A stretch of DNA of 62,924 nt, filler included, from Choristocarpus tenellus KU-1152 (taxonomy: Eukaryota > Protista > Phaeophyceae), in NCBI GenBank assembly GCA_964200185.2. It is 9 parts of 9 records of this genome, joined end to end, with 100 filler letters (N's around TTAATTAATTAA, not from the genome) between each part and the next. Parts side by side here need not be neighbours in the genome. Positions count along the whole stretch, not along the records: positions 33,051 to 56,258 come from CAXNAD020000260.1; positions 56,359 to 62,924 come from CAXNAD020007858.1; 7 more parts are not named here. One strand, 5' to 3'. Below, in pieces: positions 52,157-62,924 of this stretch. The translations under genes were made by a program, and so were the position numbers. Every line of letters begins with the position of its first letter. Positions within the stretch are counted from its first letter, which is position 1. The notes under the pieces are model-generated. The model did no database searches, had not been told where the DNA came from, and worked only from the letters and a program-made list of their open reading frames with translations.

Positions 52157-53668
52157 GTCACTGCACAATAGTCCTGGGAATTGGCCGTACTGGTTGTTGA
52201 CTCCATTGTTTGGTGACTGGAAACCAGGGGTGAAAATTCATTGGATTGACTGGGTCATGGGATACGAGTTGTGGAAATTGTCTGCACTGGTTGACTGGAT
52301 TGTTTGGTGCTTGGAAAATAGTACCAGAAAATGGTGCCCAAAGTTAACTAGAGGTGTCCAGGTTTCCCCCGTTTTAAATTTCTTGCCCATTTTTCCATCC
52401 TTTGAAATTCACTCGTATTTTCGTAGATACAGTGCTAAGTTTGACTTGAGGGCGTTGAATTCTTTGTTATTTGAAACTCTTCGACAGAATTCAGAAAAGT
52501 TCCTATTCACATTTACAAAAAGTCGAGCTTTCCACATTTGTCAGCATCCTTCAAATGCAACTCTCTATACCTCTCGTTTGTTGGGCTCTTCGTCGCATTG
52601 GTTGGTAACTGTATACCAGTGTCAGAAATTGGTCGCACCGGTTTGGGTGTTGATGTCATAACGGAAAGTGGTGACATGGTGGGTGTGGTGACGAAGTGAT
52701 GCTTTGATCTCGTGGTACGGAGTGAGCGATGTGATACCGGTTAGGGGGAGTGAAATTGATGGAAGACGAGGCAAAGAATTTTATTCAGAATTCGTGAGCA
52801 AAGCAAACCTATTATAAATATACCATAGAGTTAAGAGGGTCCTTGAACGTCCATGGTTCACAACCTTGTCATTGTTATGTGCAGGTTCGAACCTGGTTGA
52901 GTTCAGATTATCCCTCCCTCAAGGAATCTAGTTTCTATGGACCAGCTGACAGGTACAAGGGAAAGGTACGCGTTAACTCCAGTCTGTCTCTAAACCACAA
53001 AAATGATTTGGAAAAACTAAACTATAGTAGAAGACCTCGTTGTCTATTGCAGGCAAAAGAGTGCTTCACACAAGATACGTGGGAGGATACGAATTGGTGA
53101 GCGAAGGGACGACTAAACCCAACACGCGAGAAGAATCACGTCAGGTACACACGGCAAAGTGTAACAATAGTCATAGTACAACATCTGGTTCGTATTAATT
53201 ACACTGAGTAAATAATAATGAGAGAGAGCTGAGTGTGGACTGCCCCTGACAGCGGGCCAGGGTCTGGGTTAGGTCGATTCATAAATGAAAAACAAACCCA
53301 GAAATGAGTAGGTTTTATCGTGATGGGATCACGAAATCAGAGACTAAAATAACGAAAAAACTCCTCTCTTTATTGATGGACATGATGATGTACACCATAT
53401 ATGCACCCCAAGAACTCGGTGCACCTCTGTTCATGTATTTTACTGACCTGCAGCAAGTATATGACTTTGTTGCCTGCGATGTCCAGTAGCAGCATGTGCT
53501 TGCCAAATTTAGAGTGAGTTACTAAGAATATTTCAGCCATTCACCAATTCCACGATGGATTATGGTGATGCATTCGAACGGGTGATAGGGAATGCACAAA
53601 CTGGTTTGAGGTAGGACAGGGTCTTCGATGAGGGTGTATTCTTCCTCCCATCCCCTTCAACATCTTCA

Positions 53669-53925
53669 GAGCCAAAGTATTCAAGACGTAGGCAAGGTTG
53701 CGTCTTAAGAATAAAGAGAAATGACAGAAAGACCTCAGTTAAACAATTTGCAGAGAGAGGCTTACTGAGAAGTAGTGTCGCTTTTGTGTGGAAAGAGCGA
53801 ATGTCAACTTTGCATACAGTATTGTGCACATAGAGCAATGAGATAGGGTGAAATTGCACAAATGACAAAGATCGCTTAGAATGCAAAAGGGCCCAAACCT
53901 GCCTACCTCTACTTCAAGACGGCTG
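53669..53925. mobile_element. MITE family C copy (opposite orientation), beginning with a family-A-like terminus GAGCCAAAGTAT
   Basis: GTAGGCAAGGTTG ... CTTAGAATGCAAAAGGGCCCAAACCTGCCTACCTCT is the reverse complement of 16633-16669. Confidence 0.7.
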
Positions 53926-54344
53926 TCACTAGACCAGAAGCCGACAAGGAGTATAAGAGGTACAAGTCTCATAGGCGCCCAGCATATTCGGAATTTCTGG
54001 TGGCAGATTGGAGACAAGAGTTACATTTACACTTAGCATTCATTGCCTGGGTCGTTCGTTTGGGTGGCGTTTAAGGTTAGGTATAACCAGGTATACTTTA
54101 ATCAAGTAATAATACATCTGTTCCCACTCTTGGTGACCTAAAGACCAGGGTTCGAACCCCAATATGACCACTCTTTGAATTCGAACCCCCCTCCCCCACG
54201 ATGCCCTACCCTGGGGGCTTAGTCATGGGCATCACGAATATGCAATTATTCTTTTAATCCGATATCTACGTCAATAGTCATGACGGGACAACCCCAGATC
54301 CATAACCTATTGGTACCACTATACTACTACCACTCATAATGATA

Positions 54345-55900
54345 CTTCCTCCGTTTGGAATTAAATGTAACATAACAATTAAAACCCTGATTAAGAAACA
54401 TTTTTTTTTTTCGCATGTTCATATTTTATGAGTGTATTGCGCAGACACTATAAGGTTGCCCACCAAAAAAAAGGAGAATGGGGCAGCCTACCCCTATCTA
54501 TAATTTTGCCCTCGAAGCCCTCCAAAACTCCATTCCAGCACAATATTTCACCGTATTCATTGGGGCATTTGGGGGGAGCTTGCCCGTCCACTCAGCCCTT
54601 TCCTTGCTAAGATGGGGAATTTTGAAGACTTTGTAACTCTTGGACCCCAGCACTTCACTGTAGACTGCGAAGAGACTCTGCCAGATGCATTCTAGTGTCT
54701 CCTGGGGGTACACATCGAACACCTCCATTGTGGTCTCCACCAGCTCCTGTGTTGGTTACCCCCATCCCCACATCTTCCTTCAGTCGTTGGATGGAATAAA
54801 AAAATCCCAGGTCGTTGACGTTGAGGTCAGGTGAGTTGGCTGGTCGGGTCTCTATGACAATGTCGTCCCCTGACACCTCCTCGATTGCACCATGATCCCC
54901 CCCTTGGTGTGCAGCTTTGCCTCGTCCTGCTGCATGAAGATGGTATGTCCTTCCAGACTTGGCATGAGTACCTTGATTGCCGGGATGACATCCTCAACCA
55001 TGAGCTTCTTATATCTCTCCCCATCCAACGTGACTTGCACAAGCACCTTGGTGCCCTCGGGGTGGTGTTTGCTGGAGCACTGAGCAACCGTAGTGTCCAA
55101 GACTAACCCTAATCGCGATTTTCCCATTGAACCTCACCCTGTTGAGAGGTTCCTAGGGCGTGACACAGGAATATCACCCTTGTAATGTAACACTTATTCT
55201 GTGCCCATGGGAGTTTGGGGGGCTCAGTGGGGAGCATATACACACCTTGCCCATCGTTGAGGATGTAATAGCACTTTTCGTCCATACGCACCCAGGCATA
55301 TAGGTCGTCCACTAATATCCCACTTCCCTCCCTCCTATACTTGTGGCTTTTGACGAAACCCACCCTGTTGAATTTCTGGTCGTTGGAGAGGACTGTCTTG
55401 GTCTACTGCTTGACCTTCACCTTCTTGCACTTCCACAGATTCCACAACAAGGCAAGCATTTTTGGAAGGATGTGTGGTGTACCGATGGGACATCCCAAAT
55501 GTCGAGGATACATGTACAGCGACCACATTGCCCTTTACGATGTCGTACAAGGTCCATACATTTGCCCTGTGCAATCTGGCTGTCACACTCCTTCAGATGA
55601 CGGAACACCATGATAACTCAGGAAATCCCAAAGTCCTCTGCAATGGCCATCGTTCCCTGAGGCATCTGAGCCTTGCATCTTCTTGGTCTAGGCATCGCGC
55701 CACCATGCTGTTCTTCATTGGGGTGTTTGAGTCCTAACTCCAGATGGACTTCTACCCGAAGAATCGGGACCAAGATCGACAATGGGATGAGCGAGCAACT
55801 CAAAAAATGGGGAGCCATCATTTAAGGCATTCCAATAAACACCTGTCTTGACAGTTTCACGAGGTCTTTGAACTCCGTAAAATGCGACTTGGTCCACTTT
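54345..55900 (-). mobile_element. Decayed Tc1/mariner transposon (plant/oomycete DD39D type)
   Basis: Frameshifted transposase motifs: WVRMDEKCYY...NKCYITRVIFLC, NGKIAI, AQCSSKHHPEGT, IFMQQDEAKLH and RPANSPDLNVNDLGFFYSIQ. One Stowaway-like end TA|CTTCCTCCGTT at 54343-54355; the other TIR is not recognisable. Confidence 0.88.
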
Positions 55901-58900
55901 GCACCAGTGATCATCCACAATCACGACAACCCACCATCTCCAACTTTGCACACCTCTCAATAAAAATGAGAACAAATAAGCCTTGTCCAGAGACGGTTTA
56001 TGATGTGGGTTATTCCTGGGCGAGAACGGAGCTCAATAAAGTTATGTTGTTACACCCAATTCTGAAGGGATGAAATATTAATTTTGACATTATTAGCACT
56101 GTTGTGCTTTGGAGCATTGTTCATCAGGTCTACAATCTACCTCACACCTTCGAAATGTTCCATTCCTGTTTTTATTTGCGAAAGCGTTGGAACATTTTTG
56201 CTTCTAGTATTTCACCCAAAGCATCTGGGGGGGGGGGGGGGGGGGGGCTAGTAGCGAGNNNNNNNNNNNNNNNNNNNNNNNNNNNNNNNNNNNNNNNNNN
56301 NNTTAATTAATTAANNNNNNNNNNNNNNNNNNNNNNNNNNNNNNNNNNNNNNNNNNNNATTGTATTTTGATCCCCAAATGGACGCGGCTCTACCCTCTAA
56401 GATACTTTGGCTCTCCTCGTGGCTCAGTGGTTGAGTAAGCTGTTGGCTACATTAATCGCGATCTCAAACCCCATTAATCATTTAAATCTGTTTTCGATCA
56501 TCCAAAGTCTACATGGCATGCATAAATAAATTGTTGTACAAAGTACTGTAACAGAGTTGGTAGTCCCATGGGGCGGTTTCATAAACACCTGTATGAACTT
56601 GATAGAGGAGGCATATTCTGTTGAATAATCTAGCTTTGTATTACTTTATTTCTTAACATTAATATTCCTATGGGAAGAGAGTGTTCTCTACTGACGGTCT
56701 CTATGGATATTATACCAACGAATATTCCAATATTTGTCCAAAACATGAGGCAAATTATGAAGATGTGCATTGCTTTCCTACTATTATTACAGAACGACTA
56801 GTACGTTGTAGGAATATGGCCCCAACATTTGTAATTCTTCCTCAAGCCGGATAAAAAAACACGAGGTAAAAGCGGAATGCAATGGAGCATCTGATGATAT
56901 GAAGTTTGATAGAAAACACATGGTATAAGGCTATTTCACGTGTCTTCATATTGTTGGGATGAGGTGGAAATTACATGTCGCTAGGGGAGACAGTTCTATT
57001 TTCTTGAAAGAGTGTATATCGACAGAGAGGATAATGAAGACGACAGTGTGGATATAGGCAGTACTGTTGGGAGTGATACTGCAAACCAAACTGTTACGAG
57101 TCCCGGTACCTGAGGTGGGGTATCGATGGTAGAAGAAAGATGCACAAGGTGAAGATGACTTGACAATTAGTCTCATGTTCTAGTCCACAACTTTGCACAT
57201 TCATTTTTTTAGTTTCTTGAAAACATCAAGACTAAACTGGGTGGGGTCTGTAATCTCTATGACTTAAAAATTAAAAAGAGATAATTTCTATACTACAAAT
57301 TTACAACAAATCGACAGAATAGATCTTCCAGTGCAAATTGATTGTGCGTTGATGAAACCACCTTATTATGGGATTTTCACTCTGTGACAACAGTGATGAT
57401 ACAGGACACGAGAAATGCAGCATTTGCTGTCAGAACATCCGCAAAGTATTTCGAGGTATTAGGCGTACAAAACATGAAAAGTAAAGATACCACAGATATT
57501 TGGTACGTTCTACTCATCATAGCAAACGCTAAATATGATGTATCCCGGTATGTTCCTGAGTGGGGCTGGCCTCCGGCCTTGTTATTTGGGTCTGTGAAGA
57601 ATTGAGGCATTGGTGTATTTTGTGCTCAAATAAACCCACTCTTTCCATAAGTCTCTTCACGGGCTGACATGTCTCCATCCACCTCTTTGTTCACAACATC
57701 ACCCTGCTCTTTTATTGTTCTCTCCTACATCTTCCTCGAATCTCTAACACTCAGAGGATATCATATCCAGTCCCAGGGGAGTAATGAGGTTCTTCTCTTC
57801 CTTCAGCTTCCTCTGTTAGACCTCCCCAGTCGTTGTCTCTTCAGCTCCAACTTCTTCATCTGGACATACTTGGAAGCAACTTCACTCTACGCTAGCAACA
57901 AAGCCTTTGTGTTCTTTCCCTTTCGCGCATTCAGTCCCTCGCCCACCTTCTTTCTGCGCTTCCCCTTCCTCACGGTCGAGCCTGTTGCATAGTCGTTAGA
58001 ACCCTAATTTATTGTAATACCCCTGTACGGTATATCTTGTATCTCGTGAACGGCTTTGAACTGGGTGAATATGATACCATTGGGCGCCATTCGCAGTTCC
58101 AATCTATCGTACCACATGATTGGAAGAATCTATACCTTCATTGCGCATGATCAGGTCGAGATTTTTCCGAGCCCTATCGCAGAATTCAAGAACCGAACTC
58201 TCACCTTCTAGGCTTATTTGTCCAACGACTATGACTCCTCTGCCGACAAGAAGTGTACTGACCTACGTCTGGAACGCCAGGAGGATCGTGGTGCTTCCAA
58301 TACGCCATTAGTAGCGTGGGTAGAACATGAGGGCTTTGGTAATGATGAAAAAAGAGTGACATACAAAATGAGATTTGTAATCTAAGAGAATGAACAAATG
58401 CATTCATTCTAGAAACGAATTTTGATTCCTATTGAATAAATCCTTCCGCGATAATACCTTTCAAATACGGTTCTGAGGGAACCCTCAGACTTCTGACTAA
58501 TGTGAAGACCAATTCTACTTTAAATAATCATATAATGTAGTAGTAGCCTTTACCATACCAAAAAACGCCAGACCAAGATCGAGTTGGCAACACTAATAAG
58601 GCGAGTTCACCACTAGGTTCAAGAGAGAAGGTGGAGTGACAAATGGTGGGATGGCTGAACCCAAAGTGTTGTTGTTGTGCGTGAGGTTCAAGGTCACGAA
58701 AGGAGAAAGGTCGTTAATAGGGAAAAGATGCCAGATCTAGACTGATGTTTGTGTCAGTACGTAAGAGAAGAGAAAAAGAAAAAGGCGAGAGCCTCTCACG
58801 ATCTCCTTTGCTGAACGTGCTGAGATGGTTGAAAAAGAGCAGTGATATTTAATTTAGGGTTGGTTCAATACCTGTTGTGTCTAGAAGGAATCACTAAAAG

Positions 58901-60159
58901 AACACCTACAATGCTTCTAGAAAACTCATCAAGATGCAGAATAACACCTCGAACATGTGGACCTCTAAAACCAAAATTGATTATCTCTAAATATCCATCT
59001 ATGATGAGAACGATGAAGCCGAACGCTTAATGGTTAAATATTTTATATATCATTATGCCCTCGGATATTTTCCAGATGTGTCTGGGAAAAAGTCAAATCA
59101 TCATCACAAAGGATTAGGCTTTGGTATTAGAGTAATTCATATTTTGTATTATATTTTTTACCCTCTGACATTTGGAGATGTGTGAATGAAAAAGTCGATT
59201 CAATATCATAACAACCTCTCTAAAAGTAACAGTTGTCATCAATGTGAAAGATATCTCTCCAAATCTATCTACTACTGTTTGACTACCATTTTATGGTATT
59301 CTAAACAAATGGTTCTATATTTAAAAATACGTGTTTTTCGTAGCAAGACCTTTTGGGAAGTCTCAAAACGTGGAACAATCTAGAATTACGAAAATATATA
59401 TTTAAATATATCTCAAGATTGGTTTATCTTTTTTGTGGCTTAGGAATAATGGAGGGGGGATGCACACAGGTGAATGTACTGTTCCGTTATGCCTACCAAG
59501 TGAGTGATCCAATATATTTTAACCTGAAAAAAAAATGACCTTGAACTCATCCTGTTTGTTGGACAGAAACAGTAGTGGTAGACAACTACTTAATAGTAGG
59601 GATTGGTCTCAAATTCAACAAGAAGTTTTTGTATGGTATGTCAAAACGTTCAAAATTCTTTATGTTTCATATTCTATTCTCAAATATCAATAATATCATA
59701 CAAAAAAAAGGTTAAAGTTTTGATATTTTTTCATATTAGTTTGATATCTGAACTAAAAAATGACAAGATTTCTTCCTCTCTCGTCCCCATTCGCTCCAAG
59801 AGATAGTTTGGTCTTTATCATGTAATGCAAGGAATAATCTCCTATCGCTTGTAACGAGAGTGCAAGAAGGGGGTCAACTGTGACGAAAAATGCACTGTTA
59901 CACAGCATGATATATATGCTCAAGTTTTGTCACTCTAGTGGGGCTGACAGTCAACATTAGTGTCCAGGGTGACATGAGCAAGGCGAACGTGAACTGACAA
60001 AGAGGAAACAACGCACCATGTACGACTCTACCCATGTAGATAAAGGACCTCCAACCAGAGGTGGCAAGAACACCACACGGACGGGGTGCTGCGTTTGTCT
60101 CTAACGTCACTGATTTCCTGCTACCTAAGCCTTCCACACCTGGGCACAGAAGTAATCCT

Positions 60160-60720
60160 CATAAGATCATAGTACCACCTTGTCATCAACTACATCCCCA
60201 GAGCAACTGTTGTGCTTTTTGATGGTGATTGTGTTTCCAGAAGAGGAGAATGGACGTTCAGATGTAGCTGAAATGGCCTTTGTCCAGGCAAACACTTCTG
60301 TGCTCTAACTTACTTAACTCTCCATAATTTGAGAGGACCCCACCAAGCTCTTCCACCACACCTGCATGCACTGGTGGCATACACTGGTGGCATACCTCCA
60401 GCTGATACTATTGCAGATAATCATCATAGATGACCTCCAACTCTTCCCTCTTGTGGGCACTCCCCCCACTTCCAATTCTAAAGGAGGACATCGCATCACC
60501 CTCTGCTGTGTATGACGTCTTGGTCGGCTTCTTGAACAACAAGTAATTCTTATCTGCTGGTTGCTCTCATCACCATCAGAGGAAGCCTCTCCTCCCTCAT
60601 TCACACTTCCTTCTGCTTGAGTTTCCTCATCCTCCTTCTCCAGTGGATCCACAGGCTTGCAAGGTTTGTACCAGGCGAGCAGCTGCTCGGAGAGTTAGTT
60701 GTGCTCAGTTACCATCTTTT
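60160..60720 (-). mobile_element. Decayed hAT transposase C-terminus (dimerisation domain)
   Basis: Acidic linker, then MQVWWKS, then frameshifted KAISATSERPFSSSGNTITIKK...VDDKVVL, matching the hATC consensus WW...PATSaxSERxFSxAGxxIT. Confidence 0.7.
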
Positions 60721-62924
60721 TCAACCTTGGTTTCGATTTAGGCTCAGAGCCTGTATATTGGTTTTCACGTTTTGATGAGTTCACATCTCCAACGTTATTA
60801 TCATATTATTTGTATTGTGAGAAAGCAAGCAGACTGTGTCTGCTGACAACAAGGAAATCACTGTAACTGTACCTCCAAAGTAATATAAACAGGAAGGCAT
60901 TTACTCATCCCTCTCCAACAAGTTCACGTTGGGTAGGCCATTCATCTAAGGGTTAAGGACCGCAGTAATGTGCGCCAAGATAAGGGGCTTCCCCCGTTCC
61001 TATCCTCTCCGATCTTGAAAGACGAGCCTCATCCTACGGTTAGGGTTAGGATTCCTCGTTGTTCCCGCATCACCTTTTTCTATGTCACTCTTGTCTTTGT
61101 CATTGTCGTCTTTGGTTGCGTAATCAAACATATTCATTATTATCCAACACGCTCACCCAATCCTCACCTGCCATGACGACAAGCAGAACTATAATGGCAG
61201 AAGAATTGACCCACTTAATTGGTTATGGAGCAATTGGTTTCTCCAACTCTCTCAAGCAACCATCGTCTGTATCAACACCTCCTAGTGAAACAATAATCGT
61301 GACAACATTTAAGTTTTAACTGATGTAGGTCTAGCTGAGATTTATGTCCTACTATCCACTGTGAATCTGTGCCAGTTACATCCACACGAAAGGACCTCAA
61401 ACTACTCATACATTCCATCCACACTTCATAGGTACTACAGTTGTGACGGAACAGAAAAATGTCAAACGTTTGAAGAAAGGTAAAAAATCTGTCCAATTTC
61501 TGAATATTTATTTTTAGATAATCATACCTTATCATTTAATATTATGTTCTGTTTCATATTATATTATATTTGATATGATGTATCAAACATCTTCAAATTC
61601 AAAGCAGTACAATTTAATGTCAAAAGTCAAATCACTGCAAAATATGGTTGAGACCCATCCATAACTACCACTGACCTACAAGGATGGTACTTACTACTTC
61701 GAACAAATAGGTTACTCCAATTCCACTTAGGTATTTTTTTCTCTTTTTTGAACAATAAATCTCCTACCTCTGCCTGACCTTCCAAGTTTGTGTCCGATAC
61801 CCTCCTACCTCAAATCCTCGAAATAATAGAGGATTAAATTTGTGAGGACACCCTATCGACCCCAGACTTTTCTTTATTGAAATTTGTTTTCGATGTAGGT
61901 TGTAAGCACTACAGATGGTACAACTACCTTTACTACTATCCTCTTATCTGTTGTGTGTGTATTAGGTACAGCTTAATCACAAAAAAGCGGAGACTCAGAT
62001 GAGGCACAACACTTTTCGTTGTAATCATAATTGCTGAGCAACGCTGAGTCAGGTTCAGCACAAAATTTGAGAGAGGAGATGGAGCTATTACCAGTGCGGT
62101 GACTAAACCTAACAACAACATGCAATTGTTAGAAGCAAGACATGAACAACAGAGAGGCTCTACAACTGCTACTACGACAGGCACTACAACTACTACTACG
62201 ACAGTGACTGTGTTATAACGATAAATACAGAGTTTTTCACCAGGCTGGGTTGTAAGCATGACTACTGTCGGTCATATGACCGCTCCCCAGCCCACAACCC
62301 GACCATGTTAGAATGGCCAATGGCCACGAACTCAGCCATCTTGGTTGTACATAGTCGGAGGGTGGCCCCTGTCGGTCATATTGAGTAGAACCGGCTATGG
62401 ACTCGACCATGTTCCAACTTGGTTGTATGGTTGTAGGCGATATGTCTTAAACAGCGGTTTCATAAACGTCATTATGAGCTTGAAGTCCTAAATCTTATAT
62501 ATTTGTATTTATTTACTACTTCTTTACTATTTAGTCATTATGAGGCCACACACTTAGAACGAGGGGTTGTTTCAGTCCCATTTATAACCTAGTTATAACC
62601 ATTAAGTGAATAATCGAAGTGAGAGATCCAGCATATTTGATGAAATTTACATTTTGGAGCTTCATGTTCCACATACAGCCTTGTGGACTGAAGGTACATA
62701 TCCCATTATGATAAGCTTGCAGAGAATTTTGTATCAGTACATGACCGGACGCAGTGGTGACGACCACGGACTCAGTCATGTTAGAGCATTTGATCTATGG
62801 CCGTCCAGGTGATATTTTTGTGGCACTCGGCCTGGGCAAGTCATGGCGATGCCTCTCTACTTAACATTCGAAGCAGTATTAGTATCTTGTATCCTATACT
62901 ACAGACTCAAACTATCTGGGAGGG

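Overview
Eukaryotic nuclear DNA, most likely from a brown alga or close stramenopile. This is inferred from intron-rich genes with ~0.1-1.8 kb introns, a bipartite plastid-targeting presequence with an ANA-F motif, and TTAGGG telomeric repeats. The window is 9 contigs joined by artificial 100-bp gaps (N44-TTAATTAATTAA-N44), so adjacency across gaps is not guaranteed. Four spliced host genes can be reconstructed by hand: a plastid-targeted DUF1118/RIQ-like protein (+, 3' end missing), an RNI-type LRR protein (+), the 3' end of WDR46/UTP7 (+), and a ZRANB3/SMARCAL1-type SNF2 helicase (-, 3' end cut by a gap). The rest is transposon-rich: an internally deleted Ty1/copia element with both LTRs and a 5-bp TSD, more LTRs, decayed Gypsy, mariner and hAT coding remnants, and three related MITE families (about 20 copies; 4-bp TSDs are seen in two of the families). 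The most unusual signal concerns telomeric sequence. A 69-bp exon/intron junction is triplicated with head-to-head (AGGGTT)n(AACCCT)m spacers. At three places where the ancestral sequence can be inferred, a short stretch appears to have been overwritten by telomeric repeat. This suggests frequent telomerase-templated patching of internal DNA breaks. All calls were made by eye; no database search was run.
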